Part shown: one piece after another, positions 40,003 to 53,450 of the stretch
How the letters are laid out: each line of letters begins with the position of its first letter
Position numbering within the stretch: position 1 is the first letter of the stretch
Assembly (NCBI GenBank): GCA_964016885.1
Contig: OZ024740.1
Coordinates: 267,468,001 to 267,532,000, forward strand
Source of the DNA: Eledone cirrhosa
Lineage: Eukaryota
Length of the DNA stretch: 64,000 nucleotides
Direction of reading: 5' to 3'
Made by a program: the position numbers and the translations under genes
The notes under the pieces: model-generated
Seen by the model: only the letters and a program-made list of their open reading frames with translations
Databases searched by the model: none
Told to the model about the DNA's origin: nothing

Positions 40003-40483
40003 CTCACACACACTTACACCTCTCCAAGACAATGTCACTGGACCGAGATCTTTGGCGCTACGCAATAATACAGAAGACCTGCCTTGCCTAAGTACAAAGC
40101 GAAATCTAGTCAGTAGGCACCTCCTAACCAAAAATACACTCCCATCCCACTACCCCTACCCCCATCTACACCACCCCTTTCTCTGTAAAGTTATGTTGGT
40201 GCCACAACATCCAGTCCTAAATAAATGAGGTTGTGTAGGTGTCACGACAAAAAACAAAAAAACAAAAAACACAGTCCACGCTGTAATGTGGCCGTGTAGG
40301 TGACACGGTAAAAACCTCCCAGTCCACACTGTAAACGTGGTTGGTGTTAGGAAGGGCATCCAGCCGTAGAAAACCCGCCAAATAGTCCTATACGAGCAGG
40401 AGAACCACTCTTGCCTCATGTGGGACAATTCCCGTCTAACCCGTGCTAGCGTGGAAGATAGACGTTAAACGATGATGATGATG
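40003..40483 (+). mobile_element. RTE LINE 3' end
   Basis: HLSKTMSLDRDLWRY coding end, 3' UTR, gacgttaaac(GAT)n tail. Confidence 0.9.
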
Positions 40484-40487
40484 ATAT

Positions 40488-41135
40488 ATCATCATCATCA
40501 TCAACGTTTAACGTCCGTGTTCCACGCTTGCATGGGTTTGGACGGGGGTAGTCCCACTTGAGGCAAGAGTGATTGTCTTGCTCGCATAGGACTATCTGGC
40601 AGGTTTTCTACAGTTGGATGCCCTTCCTAACACCAACCACATTTACAGTGTGGGTCTGGGAGGTTTTTACCGTGTTGCCTACACGGCCACATTACAGCGT
40701 GGACTGTGTGTTTTTTTGTCGTGACACCTACACGATCTCATTTGTTTCGGCCTGGATGGCGCGGCACCAACATAACTTTACATAGAACGGGGTGGTGTGG
40801 ATGGGGTGGGGGGTGGGGGTGGGACGGGGTGTATTTTGTTAGAGATGCCTACTGGCTGTAGTAGGTTTTACTATGTATTTAGGTAAGGCGGGTCTTCTGT
40901 TACTGAGTACCGCCAAAGGTCTCGGTCCAGTGACATTGTCTTGGAGAGGTGTAAGTGTGTGAGGTCAGAGTTTATCAGCTCGTGCCAGGTTTTTCTAGGT
41001 CTGCCTATTCCGTGGCTACCGTCTATATTTATTGCCCTGCACTTTGTTATACAGCTATCGACTTTCATGCGCATCACGTGTCCATACCAACGTAGCCTTC
41101 TCTCGAGTAAACAACATCTGATCCCTCTTATTTCT
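40488..41135 (-). mobile_element. RTE LINE 3' end (tail-to-tail with previous)
   Basis: IRGIRCCLLERRLRWYGHVMRMKVDSCITKC...GRPRKTW...DRDLWRY; (GAT)n tail. Confidence 0.92.
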
Positions 41136-41142
41136 AATTTTT

Positions 41143-41183
<41 letters not shown>

Positions 41184-41468
41184 CACACACATATAAATAT
41201 CTCTATAAATACAGTGTGTATATAAATATACACAGAGGACCTAATTAGCAGTGAAAGAGGTTGCTCTGAAAGCAGAACAACAAGAGTAAGAAGAACAAGA
41301 CAGAACATATTGAAGGAGGTACTCTCTTTTTTGATAAAAAAAGAGAGTATCTCTCTGAGCAAAGGGTGAGAAGTGGAATATTGCCTGGCAGTATGACATG
41401 GACAGTGAATTCAGAGGAAGACTTGAGAGAAATGATGCAAGCATCTTCCATTAGATATGTAATTTTAA

Positions 41469-41689
41469 CCATTTAGCATTCAAACTGGCCCTATCCCGCC
41501 AGAAATCACTCACCCTTTTCTCTTCATACCAGCCATAACTGGCTGCTCATACTTATGTTATGGTATTGTTCTCAAAATAAATAATATCAAAATCACGTAG
41601 ATTCAATATTGTATGAGATAATTATATGAGGTAAAGCCTTTAACATGAACAAATAATAGTAAATATTGAGTAATATAAATACTAAAGGG
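41469..41689. mobile_element. piggyBac-type MITE
   Basis: TTAA on both sides; TIR ccatttagcatt / aatactaaaggg. Confidence 0.7.
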
Positions 41690-41699
41690 TTAATGTGTA

Positions 41700-42033
41700 C
41701 TCTTGAGTCTCAAATAATCGTCCTACCACACCTCTTATTAATTTTTCAGACTTTTTCCAAACTCCCCACTCTCATTCTAACCACCCCACTGGCGACATTT
41801 CATTTTAAGTGCTAACATTCCTGTAATAATTAATTTTCTTTAGCCATTAAAAAACATTATACATGACAAAAAAAAAGAACTTTACATGAAATCCAATATG
41901 TTATAAAGTAAATAGGATGGTTTGAGGTCTCAAGATATAAAGTAAACAATTAATTCTGGTTTTAAAAAATCAAGGGAGACAAGCTAGAAAAATTATTGAT
42001 TTTCCAGCACCTCCATTATTTGGGACCCAAGAG
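41700..42033. mobile_element. MITE with TA target-site duplication
   Basis: TIR ta-ctcttgagtctcaaataat / attatttgggacccaagag-ta. Confidence 0.7.
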
Positions 42034-42099
42034 TATGCATTATTAAACACTGATAAGAAAAACTGGATATGAAAAATAAATCCAATGGACAGAGTGCAT

Positions 42100-42352
42100 G
42101 AATGAAGACTGTATTGGTGTCAACATGTGATGCATATGAATGTTAATTGTTGGTTGAAGGAATATCAAGAGATCGCAGTGGAAGGCCAAAGAAAATCTGG
42201 GAAAAAGTTGTGAGAACTGATCCCAAAATGCTGAACCTCACAGAGGAGATGACAAAGGAATGTAACAAGTAGAGGCAGGCTATGCTGGGGAAGATCCATA
42301 CAATCCATGCAAGCATGAAAATGTAGTACTAAAATGTTTACAATGATGATGA
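42100..42352 (+). mobile_element. Degenerate RTE 3' end
   Basis: W.QHVMHM...GRPKKIWEKVVRTD-like coding, ccatgcaagcatgaaa and gatgat tail. Confidence 0.6.
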
Positions 42353-43589
42353 TCCATATCAATGGAGTCTTTTCTCTTGCACACAACATTTTCTCTCAGC
42401 TGATTTATACTTTTACATTTGTGCATACTAACATTACACCAGAAAATATTATCTTCATTTCATTCCAAATTTTGGAGATCTTCTACACTCAAGAGTCATG
42501 ACTCACTGCCATGTACCATACTGTCTACTCTTCACCCTGAGTAAGAAGCCTTTAGTTGTTGGCACTGGCACTATCTCCCTGAACTTCGCCCATTTTATTC
42601 TTATTCTGCTAACTACACTTTCAGAAGCCATCCCATCACTACTTCAGATTAAATCACCTAGTCAACCACAAATTCTAGGGAACCTTCTGGAGATTTAATG
42701 GAATTTATTTCATGTGTGCTCTTAGTGCTTATTTCTTCTTAACATCTGCCCAACAAAAGTCTATATGTTCTGTTAATTTTTCAGTATATACAGACATAGG
42801 CATCTACATACTCTTATAAGTTTATTCTGTGTGGCTGCATTTCCTATGAAAAAAAAAAAATGTAATATTTCAGAATATTTGTCTAGCAGTACATTTGTAC
42901 ATGTAGTTATGTGCTTTTGAGTTTATATATACTGTATATACATACATATGTGGGTATTGGTCTCAGGATATTTTTGTACAGGATTTATGTATCTCAGTGC
43001 ATATGATTATGTATGTGCATATTGTATCTGCACACACCACACATGTATGTATGTATGTATATATATATATATATAAGGTAGTCAGGCAGATAAGTACATG
43101 AGTGAGTATAGAATTTTCGGCTCATGTATACATAAATGTGTGTGCGTATGAAAGCATACATGCATGAGTGAGAGCTTATGTGAATTTCATCTCTCATTCT
43201 CTCTCTCTCACACACACATACACACACACACCTATCAGCCAATCTTTTTACCTCTCTACAGATTTCTCAAGTTTCTTAGAATATGAACACTAAACAAATA
43301 AAAGAATTACAAATAAGAAAAGGAAAAAAAAGAAAAAAACGTTAAAAAAATGATAAATATAAAGACCTAACAAAAAACATACCAACAATAAAACAAGTGT
43401 CAAAGAATATAAAAAAATATGTAAAAACAAAATAAAACAAAACAAAACAAAAAACAACTAATGATATGAAATCTATCTGGCTTTGGTACTGGAATTTCAG
43501 AGAAGTCTCTTGTTTTATATAAAGTTCTACCCATCACCTGACTGTTCTATTTTGCTATTTCTCTCCCTCCAACCATCTTCTCTCACTCC

Positions 43590-43865
43590 CTTTCTCTCTC
43601 TCACCATATCTCACACAGTCTCTCTGTCTAGGTAGGTCTGTAGCTCTACATATCTCTCTCTCTCTCACCATCTCACACTATCTCTCTGTCTTGTGAGGTA
43701 TTTAGCTATCTCTCTCTCACCATATCTCACACAGTCTCTCTGTCTAGGTAGGTCTGTAGCTCTACATATCTCTCTCTCACCGTCTCACACTATCTCTCTC
43801 TCACTATATCTCACACTTTTGCTCTGTCTAGGTAAAGTGCCTAGCTCTACATTTCTCTCTCTCAC
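43590..43865. repeat. CT-rich minisatellite (ctctctcaccatatctcacacagtctctctgtctaggtaggtctgtagctctacat)
   Basis: Unit repeated 4-5 times with variation. Confidence 0.85.
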
Positions 43866-44524
43866 TGGCTTTTACTTTTTCTCATTTTCTCACTTTACTG
43901 TCTCATTCTAGCTAAGTAGCTAGTAGCTACCTAGCTCTATTTCTATCTATCTGTCTATTTATCTATCTCTCAATCTAACGAAATGTCTATCTGTAGGTCT
44001 GTCTATCTATTTATTCCCCTCTCTCAGTTTAAGCCCCAACCTCTAAATACAATCTTTACATATCCTCCTCAGGGCTATTTCTATTTTTTTTAACTCATGC
44101 TCTCTTTTTAATTTATCCTTTCATTTTCTTTATCTCCCCCACTTAATGCTTTCTTCATATACTTTATAACTCTCCCCTATTTAAGTTCCTTCTTTTTTCT
44201 CTCTTGCCCCCCCCCCCCTTTACACTCTTTTTCATATTTCCCTTGATTTTACTCAACCTCTACCTGATATCTTTCCCACTTTTAATTAAGTTTCAATCTT
44301 TCTCCCTGTCCATGTTTCACACCCTATATCTTATCAACTTTGCCTTATGTTTCATCTCCAAATCAGTTGTTACAATTCCATTACTCCCTTCATTATTCCA
44401 CCCTCTAAATGTTTAGTTTTTAGTCTTCTTTATAAACTTTTCTCCTCACAGAAAAATTCCCATACTGTACTGTCCTCTTGATGTAAGCCCTGTGTGGATA
44501 ATAAAGAAATCATTATTTTTCTCT

Positions 44525-45092
44525 TATAATAATTGTTTCTACTTTAGGCACAAGGCCAGCAATTACCCAGTACATTACTGGTACTTTATTTTATCGACCC
44601 CGTAAGGATGAAAGGCAAAGTTAACCTCGGCGAGATTTGAACTCAGACTGTAAAGGGACGTAACAATGCTAGAAAGCATGGCATCCAACCCTCTACCGTT
44701 ACTGCCAATTCACCACCCTCTTATAATAATGATTTCTAGTATAGGCACAAGGCCAGTAATTTGGGGGTAGGGGAAAGTCGATTAAATCTACCCCAGTTAC
44801 ATTACTAGTACTTTATTTTAGCAACTTCGAAAGGATGAAAAGCAAAGATAACTTGAACTCAGACCATAAAGGTCCGTAACTCTATGCTGCAAAGCATGGT
44901 GTCTGACTCTCTACCGATACTGCCAATCCACCGCCCTATTTTTCTCTTATAATAATTGTTTCTACTTTTGGCACAAGGCCAGCAATTATCCCAGTGTATT
45001 ACTGGTACTTTATTTTATCGACCCCGTAAGGAATTTGAACTCAGAACGTACGGGATGTAACAATGAAGCGTGGAGTCCAACACTCTACCAAT
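44525..45092 (-). mobile_element. Three head-to-tail Meta-like SINE copies
   Basis: Copies ~44525-44717, 44725-44936, 44950-45092; each preceded by ctcttataataat. Confidence 0.85.
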
Positions 45093-45149
45093 CAGTGGGT
45101 GAGCAGTTAAGGACTGAAAGCCGAAACCGGTTTCACACTTGCTGCACAA

Positions 45150-45830
45150 AGGTAATGCCTTGTCACAAATAATTATCAGACAAACGTATTGGGAAAAAAT
45201 ATTGATTCAAAATGCAGGTTCTTTGACAGAAATACTGAAAAAGTGGATCACTTAATATCTACTGGCACAATTTTAGCACCATCTAAATACCAAAATAGTC
45301 GTGACAAAATGGAGCTGTACATCTATCGGAAAATTCTATGGAAAAGAAACAATGAAAAACTAGCATCAAAACTATCTAGATCTGGTAACAAATTTGTAAT
45401 GTCATAATATTGTAGGATTTCACAATACATAAAGACAGGACAATCAAAGCAAATAGATCAGATATTATAATTGTTTCTACTTTAGGCACAAGGCCAGCAA
45501 TTACCCAGTGCATTACTGGTACTTTATTTTATCTACCCCGTAAGGATGAAAGGAAAAGTCAACCTCGGCGGGATTTGAACTCAGATCGTAAAGGCACGTA
45601 ACTATGCTGGAGAGCATGGCGTCCGACCCTCTACCGATACTGCCAATCCACAGATATTATAGGCCAGATATTATAATAAAAGTTAAAAACAATAAAATGT
45701 GTTTCATGATAGACATGTCAGAACCTGATTTCCATGTGCCTTTTAAGAAACTTGAAAAAATTTCAAAGTACTTCAAAGTACAAGGATCTTGATCTAGAGA
45801 TTTAAAAACCTTTCCAAGTGAAGATTGAAA
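45150..45830 (+). pseudogene. R4/Dong-like non-LTR retrotransposon remnant (zinc knuckle plus RLE), interrupted by a SINE at 45468-45650
   Basis: DSKCRFFDRNTEKVDHLIS..TILAPSKYQN.RDK; *DFTIHKDRTIKANR[SINE]RPDIIIKVKNNKMCFMIDMSEP...KLEKISKY; cagatattata duplicated around the SINE. Confidence 0.75.
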
Positions 45831-46009
45831 AAGTTGAAAAGGGATTGGCCAAAGAGAAAAGTGTCTGTTTTCAGTGCTTTCAGCTTGGTCCACCATACAA
45901 CCTCTTTTGCTACAGCCACCAGACAGAGAAAACTATAAAACTATCTGTCTTTCTCAGACCAAAGAATGTAGCAGAGCAATCTTCACTATGGACCTGACTG
46001 ATAACTGGA

Positions 46010-46660
46010 TCCATCCGAGCACCAATCTCATTTACAGTATGTGCTGGGTGCTTTTTGTTATGACACCTGCACAACCACATTACAGTGTGGGCTGGGTGCT
46101 TTTTGCCGAGTCACCTACACAACTACTTTACAGTGTGGAGGGCTGTGGGGATTGGGGAGGTAGATCTAGGGGCATATGTGAAGGGTGGAGTGTTAGTTCA
46201 TGGCAGAAATGTTATATGTGAGGGGTGCAAGAGGGGGAGAGATGGGGACAAAGGGTGAGGTGTTGGGACATGGAGGTGTATGGATGGGGGATGGAAGGTA
46301 ATGCATACGAGATGTATGCATTAACCCGTGCACATAGAAAGGTGGGTCTTCTGTATTATTACAATAATGCCAGAGATCTCGATCCTGTGTCATTGCCTTC
46401 AAGAGGTCTAATTGTACAAGGTCAGCTTTTATCACCTCATTCCAAGTCTTCCTAGGTCATTCTACACCATAGCTTCCATCAATTTTGAGGCCCCTGCACC
46501 ATTTCATACAGCTGTCATCCTTCACACACATCACATGTCCATACCAATGCATTCTCCTCTCCTGCACGCTGCATCTGATCCCTCTTATTCCCAGTTTGTT
46601 TCTCAGTTCATTTATGTATTGCTGTTCACGTATATTACTATTTCACATCCATCAAAGCAT
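46010..46660 (-). mobile_element. RTE LINE 3' fragment, decayed
   Basis: IKADLVQLDLLKAMTQDRDLWHY and upstream RRM.WYGHVM-like segment. Confidence 0.75.
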
Positions 46661-48719
46661 GTAATAATAATAATTATGTAAGTTGTAAATAATTGAACAT
46701 TCTTATATGATTGAATATCATACTGTTGTAAATATGATTTTAAACCGAGAAATGATATATTTGTAACTGTGAAAGTGTGTGATGTAAACAATCTGGTGTG
46801 TTTATTTTGTGGTTTATCAATGTATGGAGTAAATTTCTTTTCCCTGGCTGTTGGGAAGATATTCAACAAGACATGGAAACAAAACTGAAGGAAGCGGAAA
46901 AACACAAATGATGATGATGATATATATATATAATATACCCAAAAGACAGCCATATAAGGCATATGAAATAACCCTAAAAATCACCTGTTTTCAAACATCA
47001 CGACAAGTACATTATTTTTGCAGTAAATCTACAGTAAAAGAAACAACAACAAAAATTGAACTAATAATAATAGTTTTCTTCTGTAAAGTTGCATACTACT
47101 TCTCATTTATCCAGCTCATCACATATAATCTGATATAGCTATACTTACCCTCTACAATTAACACATTTTTCACACACACACACACTCTCTCTCTATGTCT
47201 GTCTCTCCTATCAATCTTCATCACCCCAACAACTGCACTTATAGCTATACCTATTTGTTTTATCTTCATTAGCTTTCACTTTATATTTTGTTTGTTGTTG
47301 CATATTTCTTCTCTGTTATCTCTCAGTACCACCCTACTTAGGTATGTGTAAGTGGACAAGCTGAGCTGATGAAGGACCACTTCCTGATAGCTGGACCTGT
47401 TAGAAATCACACACTACCAATATAAAATAGATAATTCAGTCATAGATAATAACACTTTCTTGTGTATGTATGGACGCAGCTCTGTTAAGATTCCAATGAT
47501 AAGAATTTCTCAGTACATTGACATAAGACATTATACTATATTCTTGTATGTTCTTTACAAAACATCAGATAGATGCTGTATCATGGTCTCGGTGGACAGA
47601 ATTGTGAATAGGTTACCCTGGAGGATAGCAAGGTTGATGCATTGAAAAAGTCAGAAGTTGCCTAAGAATCACACAGTGTAATTTATGGATGCACAGGATG
47701 AGGTATGTAGTGAGATTAATGGCATGTTGACAAAGAAGGTAGATATTGTATGCAGTGGATGCAAGCATAGCCTATGAAAGCTAATAAGGTCCCACAGCAA
47801 CCAGACAACATCCATTTTGAGAAAACTCTTTGCCTGCTTCGGGCCCCAAAGGGGTCTTGTATTGCCTTGAAAAATTTCTCTTTGAGGCCCTGGATGCAAG
47901 GAACAAATAAACACGAGGAGCACACATGAAATAGACTCTCTGAATTAGTTAACAGATTTTGTTGCTAGGGTGATTTAGTTGGTAACATGGAGGAAAATGG
48001 GGTGCTGTGAAAATGTAGCAGCTGGAGTGAGAATGGGCTGATAATAGGGGACTTCCCTCTTAGAGTGAGGGAGGGAAGATGTGTGTTGCCTGCATGTGAA
48101 TAGTGATGTTGCATGGTAGTAATACAAGACCCTTGACAGTAGAGGAACTGGAGAAGATGCAGGGTGGTGGGTGGAGTATGCTCTAGTGGATATATATGAG
48201 AGAAATCTATTATTGTGTATGGGAGAGAGAACTGAAACGGTAAGGACATATTGTATATGTAGAGGATAACATTTGAATAAGGAGAAGCAGCGAAATCTGA
48301 GAGGGTGAGAGTCATACAGTGTCATTTCTCAACCATACTCCTATCCTTCTTCCTACATCATCTGCTTGAACACTATCAAACCTGTTTTACCCACATCCCA
48401 CTAATTATCATTCCTACCAACCTCTATCTTATTTCCCACTGTAGCATAGAGAGAGCTCTTACTGTCAAGTCTGATAGCCTTAACAGTGCTAGAACCATGA
48501 GGAGATGCACACAATACTCTATGTAGGGTGGTTGAGGTTTGGAGGGGTTTCCCCTGCACTGTTGAACGTGGGGTGGTCATGGCAGTGGCTTTGGAGCAAG
48601 TGGATGCTTACTGACATATTGTTGGGTGTACCAGGCTCTACTTGGTAGTCTAAAAGGGGTCATTTATTTACTGCTTGAAGCATGAGGGAGGATAGTTTCC
48701 TGGGTTGGAAAAGTGTTGT

Positions 48720-49140
48720 GTAATAATTGTTTCTGATTTTGGCACAAGGCCAGCAATTACCCAGTGTATTACTGGTACTTTATTTTATCAACCCTGTAAG
48801 GATGAAAGGCAAAGTTAACCTCGGCAGGATTTGAACTCAGAATGACAAGGGCAGTAACTATGCGTCAAAGCATGGCATCCGACCCTCTACCGATACTGCC
48901 AATCCACCGCCCTTGTTGTGTAATAATAATGGTTTCTTATATAGGCACAAGGTCAGTGATTTTGGGGGAAGAGAAAGTCGATTAAATCGACCCCAGTGCA
49001 TGACTGGTACTTTATTTTATCGACCCCATAAGGATGAAAGGCAAAGTTAACCTTGGTGGGATTTAAACTCAGATCATAAAGGGCCGTAACTCTATGCTGC
49101 AAAGCATGGCGTCTGACCCTCTACTGATACTGCCAATAAA
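48720..49140 (-). mobile_element. Two head-to-tail Meta-like SINE copies
   Basis: 48720-48912 flanked by duplicated tgttgtgtaataat; second copy 48925-49140. Confidence 0.85.
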
Positions 49141-49354
49141 CCATGCCACAGAAATAAGTACTACAGCAGGTAATAAAATGTTTTATAGAAATCTAGCCTT
49201 CACAATTTTATGATTATTGTACATATACCCCATCATAGACTACCACATCTATACTGGAAGGGTACATATGATGTTGAGTGCTTTATACTAAATACACCAT
49301 TATTCATTAATTGGAATGTTCCAAATGTAACCCCAGTTAGTCAACATTATGTAA

Positions 49355-49538
49355 CTGGATTGGCAGTATCGGTAGAGGGTCGGACGCCATGCTTTCCAGC
49401 ATAGTTACGTCCCTTTACGATCTGAGTTCAAATCCCGCCGAGGTTGACTTTTCCTTTCATCCTTACGGGGTCGATAAAATAAAGTACCAGTAATACACTG
49501 GATAATTGCTGGCCTTGTGCCTAACGTAGAAACAATTA
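49355..49538 (+). mobile_element. Meta-like SINE (near-identical copy 50400-50590)
   Basis: ggattggcagtatcggtagagggtcggacg...gagttcaaatcc...cctttcatccttacggggtcgataaaat. Confidence 0.85.
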
Positions 49539-50046
49539 TGTAACACAAAAATATATACATATGTATACATAAATGTGTTTGTGTACTGAGATATACATGT
49601 GAGTGTGTCTGTACATGTATATATATATATGTGTACAGGCTCTTCAACAGTATTCTAATAAATATTGTCTGTACAGGTAATCAAAGTATGTATGCATGTT
49701 TTGGGACACACTGTATATATTTGTGTGTATGTGTGTATATGTGTGTGTGTGTGTGTATATATTTGTGTGAGTGTGTATATATATTTATGTGTGAGTGTGT
49801 GTGTGTATTTATGTGTGAGTGGGTGTATTTGTGTGTGAGTGTATATATATATATGTGTGTGTATATATATATATATATGTGGGTATATATATATATATAT
49901 ATGTCTGAGTATATCATCATCATCGTTTAACGTCTATCTTCCATGCTAGCATGGGCTTAGTTGGGAATTGTCCTACTTGAGGCAAGATTGGTCATTTCGC
50001 TCATATATATATATGTGTGTATATATATATAAATATATATATATAT

Positions 50047-50236
50047 AGGAACCAGTAAGACCCCGACGGCTGAGCTCAAGCCGTTTCGACGGCTAATTCT
50101 GGACTGAATTAGACGTCGAAAGGCTTGAGCTCAGCCGTCTGGGTCTTACTGGTTCCTATTACCCACTCTACTACCCTAAGTATTGAGTACTTTGGTGCGT
50201 TATGGTCCACCTGGTTCCTTACCACATTTCTTGCGT

Positions 50237-50237
<1 letters not shown>
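50047..50237 (+). mobile_element. Family F TA-targeting fold-back element
   Basis: Hairpin 50047-50158 then tail cctattacccactctactaccctaagtattgagtac...accacatttc; (TA)n both sides. Confidence 0.85.
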
Positions 50238-50267
<30 letters not shown>

Positions 50268-50399
50268 ATATATATATATATATGTGTATATATATATATT
50301 TATTAAAATAACATATATATTTGATATATATTTATCCTTATCGAGCCCTCTTTGGATTTTGGTCTCAAATTTATTATTATTACTATATATATATAAGGC

Positions 50400-50590
50400 C
50401 GGTGGATTGGGAGTATCGGTAGAGGGTCGGACGCCATGCTTTCCAGCATAGTTACGTCCCTTTACGATCTGAGTTCAAATCCCGCCGAGGTTGACTTTGC
50501 CTTTCATCCTTACGGGATCGATAAAATAAAGTACCAGTAATACACTGACTGGGTGATTGCTGGCCTTGTGCCTAAAGTAGAAACAATTAT
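50400..50590 (+). mobile_element. Meta-like SINE
   Basis: Colinear with the 49355 copy. Confidence 0.85.
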
Positions 50591-50618
50591 TATTACGATA
50601 TATATATATATATGTGTG

Positions 50619-50660
<42 letters not shown>

Positions 50661-50704
50661 TGTGTGTGTGTATTTGTGTGAGTGTATATATATATATATA
50701 TATT

Positions 50705-50737
<33 letters not shown>

Positions 50738-50967
50738 TTGTGTAAGTGTGTATATATGTGTGTGTGGTTCTCTCACACATCCAAATGTTTTTATCTATTA
50801 CACTATTTAACATTTCTAAAGTAGTTAATTTCTAAAATGTTCCATCCTCTCTTGCTTTCTGTACACCCCTCCCTTCCTCTCTTTCTCTACACCCCTCCCT
50901 TCCTCCCACCCTCCTTTCTATAAATAAACTTTCACTTTCTTCACTTCTCTGAAATCTGCTCCTGCTA

Positions 50968-52158
50968 TACTCAACCACCACCACCACCACCACTACACTC
51001 AACCATTACCACCACTACCACCACTACACTCAACCATTACCACCACCAACACTACCACTACACTCAACAACCACCACCACTACCACCACTACACTCAACT
51101 ACCACCACCATTACCACCACTACACTCAACCATTACCACTACCACCACCACCACCACCACCACATTCAACCATTACCACCACTACCACCACTGCACTCAA
51201 CCACTACCACCACTGCACTCAACCATTACCACCACTACTACTACTACACTCAACCATTATTATCACCACCATCACCACCACCCTCAACCATTACCACCAT
51301 GACTACCACCACTACACTCAACCATTACCACCACCACCCTCAACCATTACCACCACCACTACTACTACACTCAACCATAACCACCACCAGTACTACCACC
51401 AATACTGCTACACTCAACCATTATTATCACCACTATCACCACCACACTCAACCATTACCACCACCACTACTACACTGAACCATTACCACCACCACTACTA
51501 CACTCAACCATTACCACCACCAGTATACCACTACACTCAACCATTACCACCACCACTACTACTACACTCAACCATAACCACCACCAGTACTACCACCAAT
51601 ACTGCTACACTCAACCATTATTATCACCACCACTACTACACTCAACCATTACCACCACTACACAATCATTACCACCACTACTACTACGCTCAACCATTAT
51701 CACCACCACTACTACACTCAACCATTACCACCACTACTACTACACTCACGCATTACCACCACCAGTACTACCAATACACTCAACCATTACCACCACCACC
51801 ACACTCAACCATTACCACTACTACTACTACTACTACTACTACACTCAACCATTAACACCACCAGTGCTACTACTACACTCAACCATTACCACCACTACTA
51901 CTACACTCAACCATTACCACCACCACCACTACTACACTCAACCATTACCACCACTACTACACTCAACCAATACCACCACTACTACTACACTCAACCATTA
52001 CCACCACCACACTCAACCATTGCCACAACCACTACTACACTCAACCATTACCACCACCACTACACTCAATGATTACCACCACCACTATTACTACACTAAA
52101 CCACTGCCACCACCACCACCACCACCACCACCACTACTACACTCAACCACCACCACCA
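50968..52158. repeat. Minisatellite: acactcaaccatt core plus variable (acc/act)n, ~22-30-bp units
   Basis: Direct reading, roughly 40 units. Confidence 0.95.
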
Positions 52159-52224
52159 TAATTTCTATGAAACTTTTGGCTTCCTTTCTTTCTGTTGTCT
52201 CATCACCAGATGGTAAAAGAAAGA

Positions 52225-52395
<171 letters not shown>

Positions 52396-52830
52396 CCAAA
52401 TTGCAAGTAACAAGCAAGCTATACTTAGAAATTCAGGTGATAGTACTAGCAAGGTAAATTAAACTTCTGGAGAATGAAACAACTTGAAAAGCTAATGTTT
52501 AAGCCAACAACCAATTTCTCCTCTTCTCCTGTTTTAAGACTATATTCCCCTCTTACTGCCACTCTAACCCTTATACTACGTTTTAAGAGCACCTCCCTAC
52601 ATTCCCCTCTTACTCCCACTAACCCTTATACTATGACTACAACTCTTACCCTTTTATTGTTTTTTTTCTTTTTTGTTTGTGATTCTCTCTCTTTCTCTCC
52701 TGGATGCCTGCTTCTATTATTACAGTAAAGAAATATGTGTGTGTGTGTGTGTGTACACATATGTCTGTATGTGTATGTGGTAGGTTTTGAGAAATAGTAA
52801 AATGAATAAATACACTAATTAATAAACAAA

Positions 52831-52867
<37 letters not shown>

Positions 52868-52915
52868 AAGAAGTGTAAGTCAACAGGTTAAAATTAACTT
52901 CATTTATTAATATTC

Positions 52916-52974
52916 GCTGCAATATATATTTCGGTGATAACCATTACTCAACAGCTATGACCTCATCAGGCAGC
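52916..52974 (-). ncRNA. Minimal type-I hammerhead ribozyme in TA-flanked insert 52865-53087
   Basis: Minus: gctgc CTGATGA ggt-c-atagct..ggttat-c-acc GAAA tatata TT gcagc; perfect stem I, G10.1-C11.1 pair, palindromic stem III, AUU site. Confidence 0.88.
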
Positions 52975-53086
52975 TAGAACTTGAACAGGAAAAAAACAGG
53001 GAAACATAATGGTGGAATAGAGTTTACCTTGTTACTTCGTTGATATGCCCAGATCCGGAAAGTGGTGTTGTTAATTCAAAGCACTG

Positions 53087-53119
<33 letters not shown>

Positions 53120-53120
53120 T

Positions 53121-53302
53121 AATGAAGGAAGTGTGGTAAGGATCCAGGTGGACCATAACGCACCAGAGTACTCAATACTTTGGGTAGTAGAGTGGGTAAT
53201 AGGAAAAGTGTCAGGACCCCGACGGCAAAGCTCAAGCAGTTTCAACGGAAATAGCCGTTGAAACAGCTTGAACTCTGCCGTCAGGGTCCTGCCTCTTTTC
53301 CT
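53121..53302 (-). mobile_element. Family F TA-targeting fold-back element (diverged)
   Basis: Same tail plus shorter hairpin; (TA)n both sides. Confidence 0.85.
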
Positions 53303-53392
53303 ATATATATCAGTGTCAGCCAGAGCCTGCAGAGAAGCCTGAGACTCGTGTAAGGAAGAGATGTGCCACCAATTGTAACTAATGATTGAGCT

Positions 53393-53450
<58 letters not shown>

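Noticed and set aside
45095-45140. GAAAccggTT tcac, hammerhead 3'-half-like
   Set aside because: No recognisable CUGANGA, not TA-flanked, no fold-back
50968-52158. CRISPR-like or telomeric array
   Set aside because: Spacers are acc/act triplet runs rather than unique sequence; no cas genes; not TTAGGG
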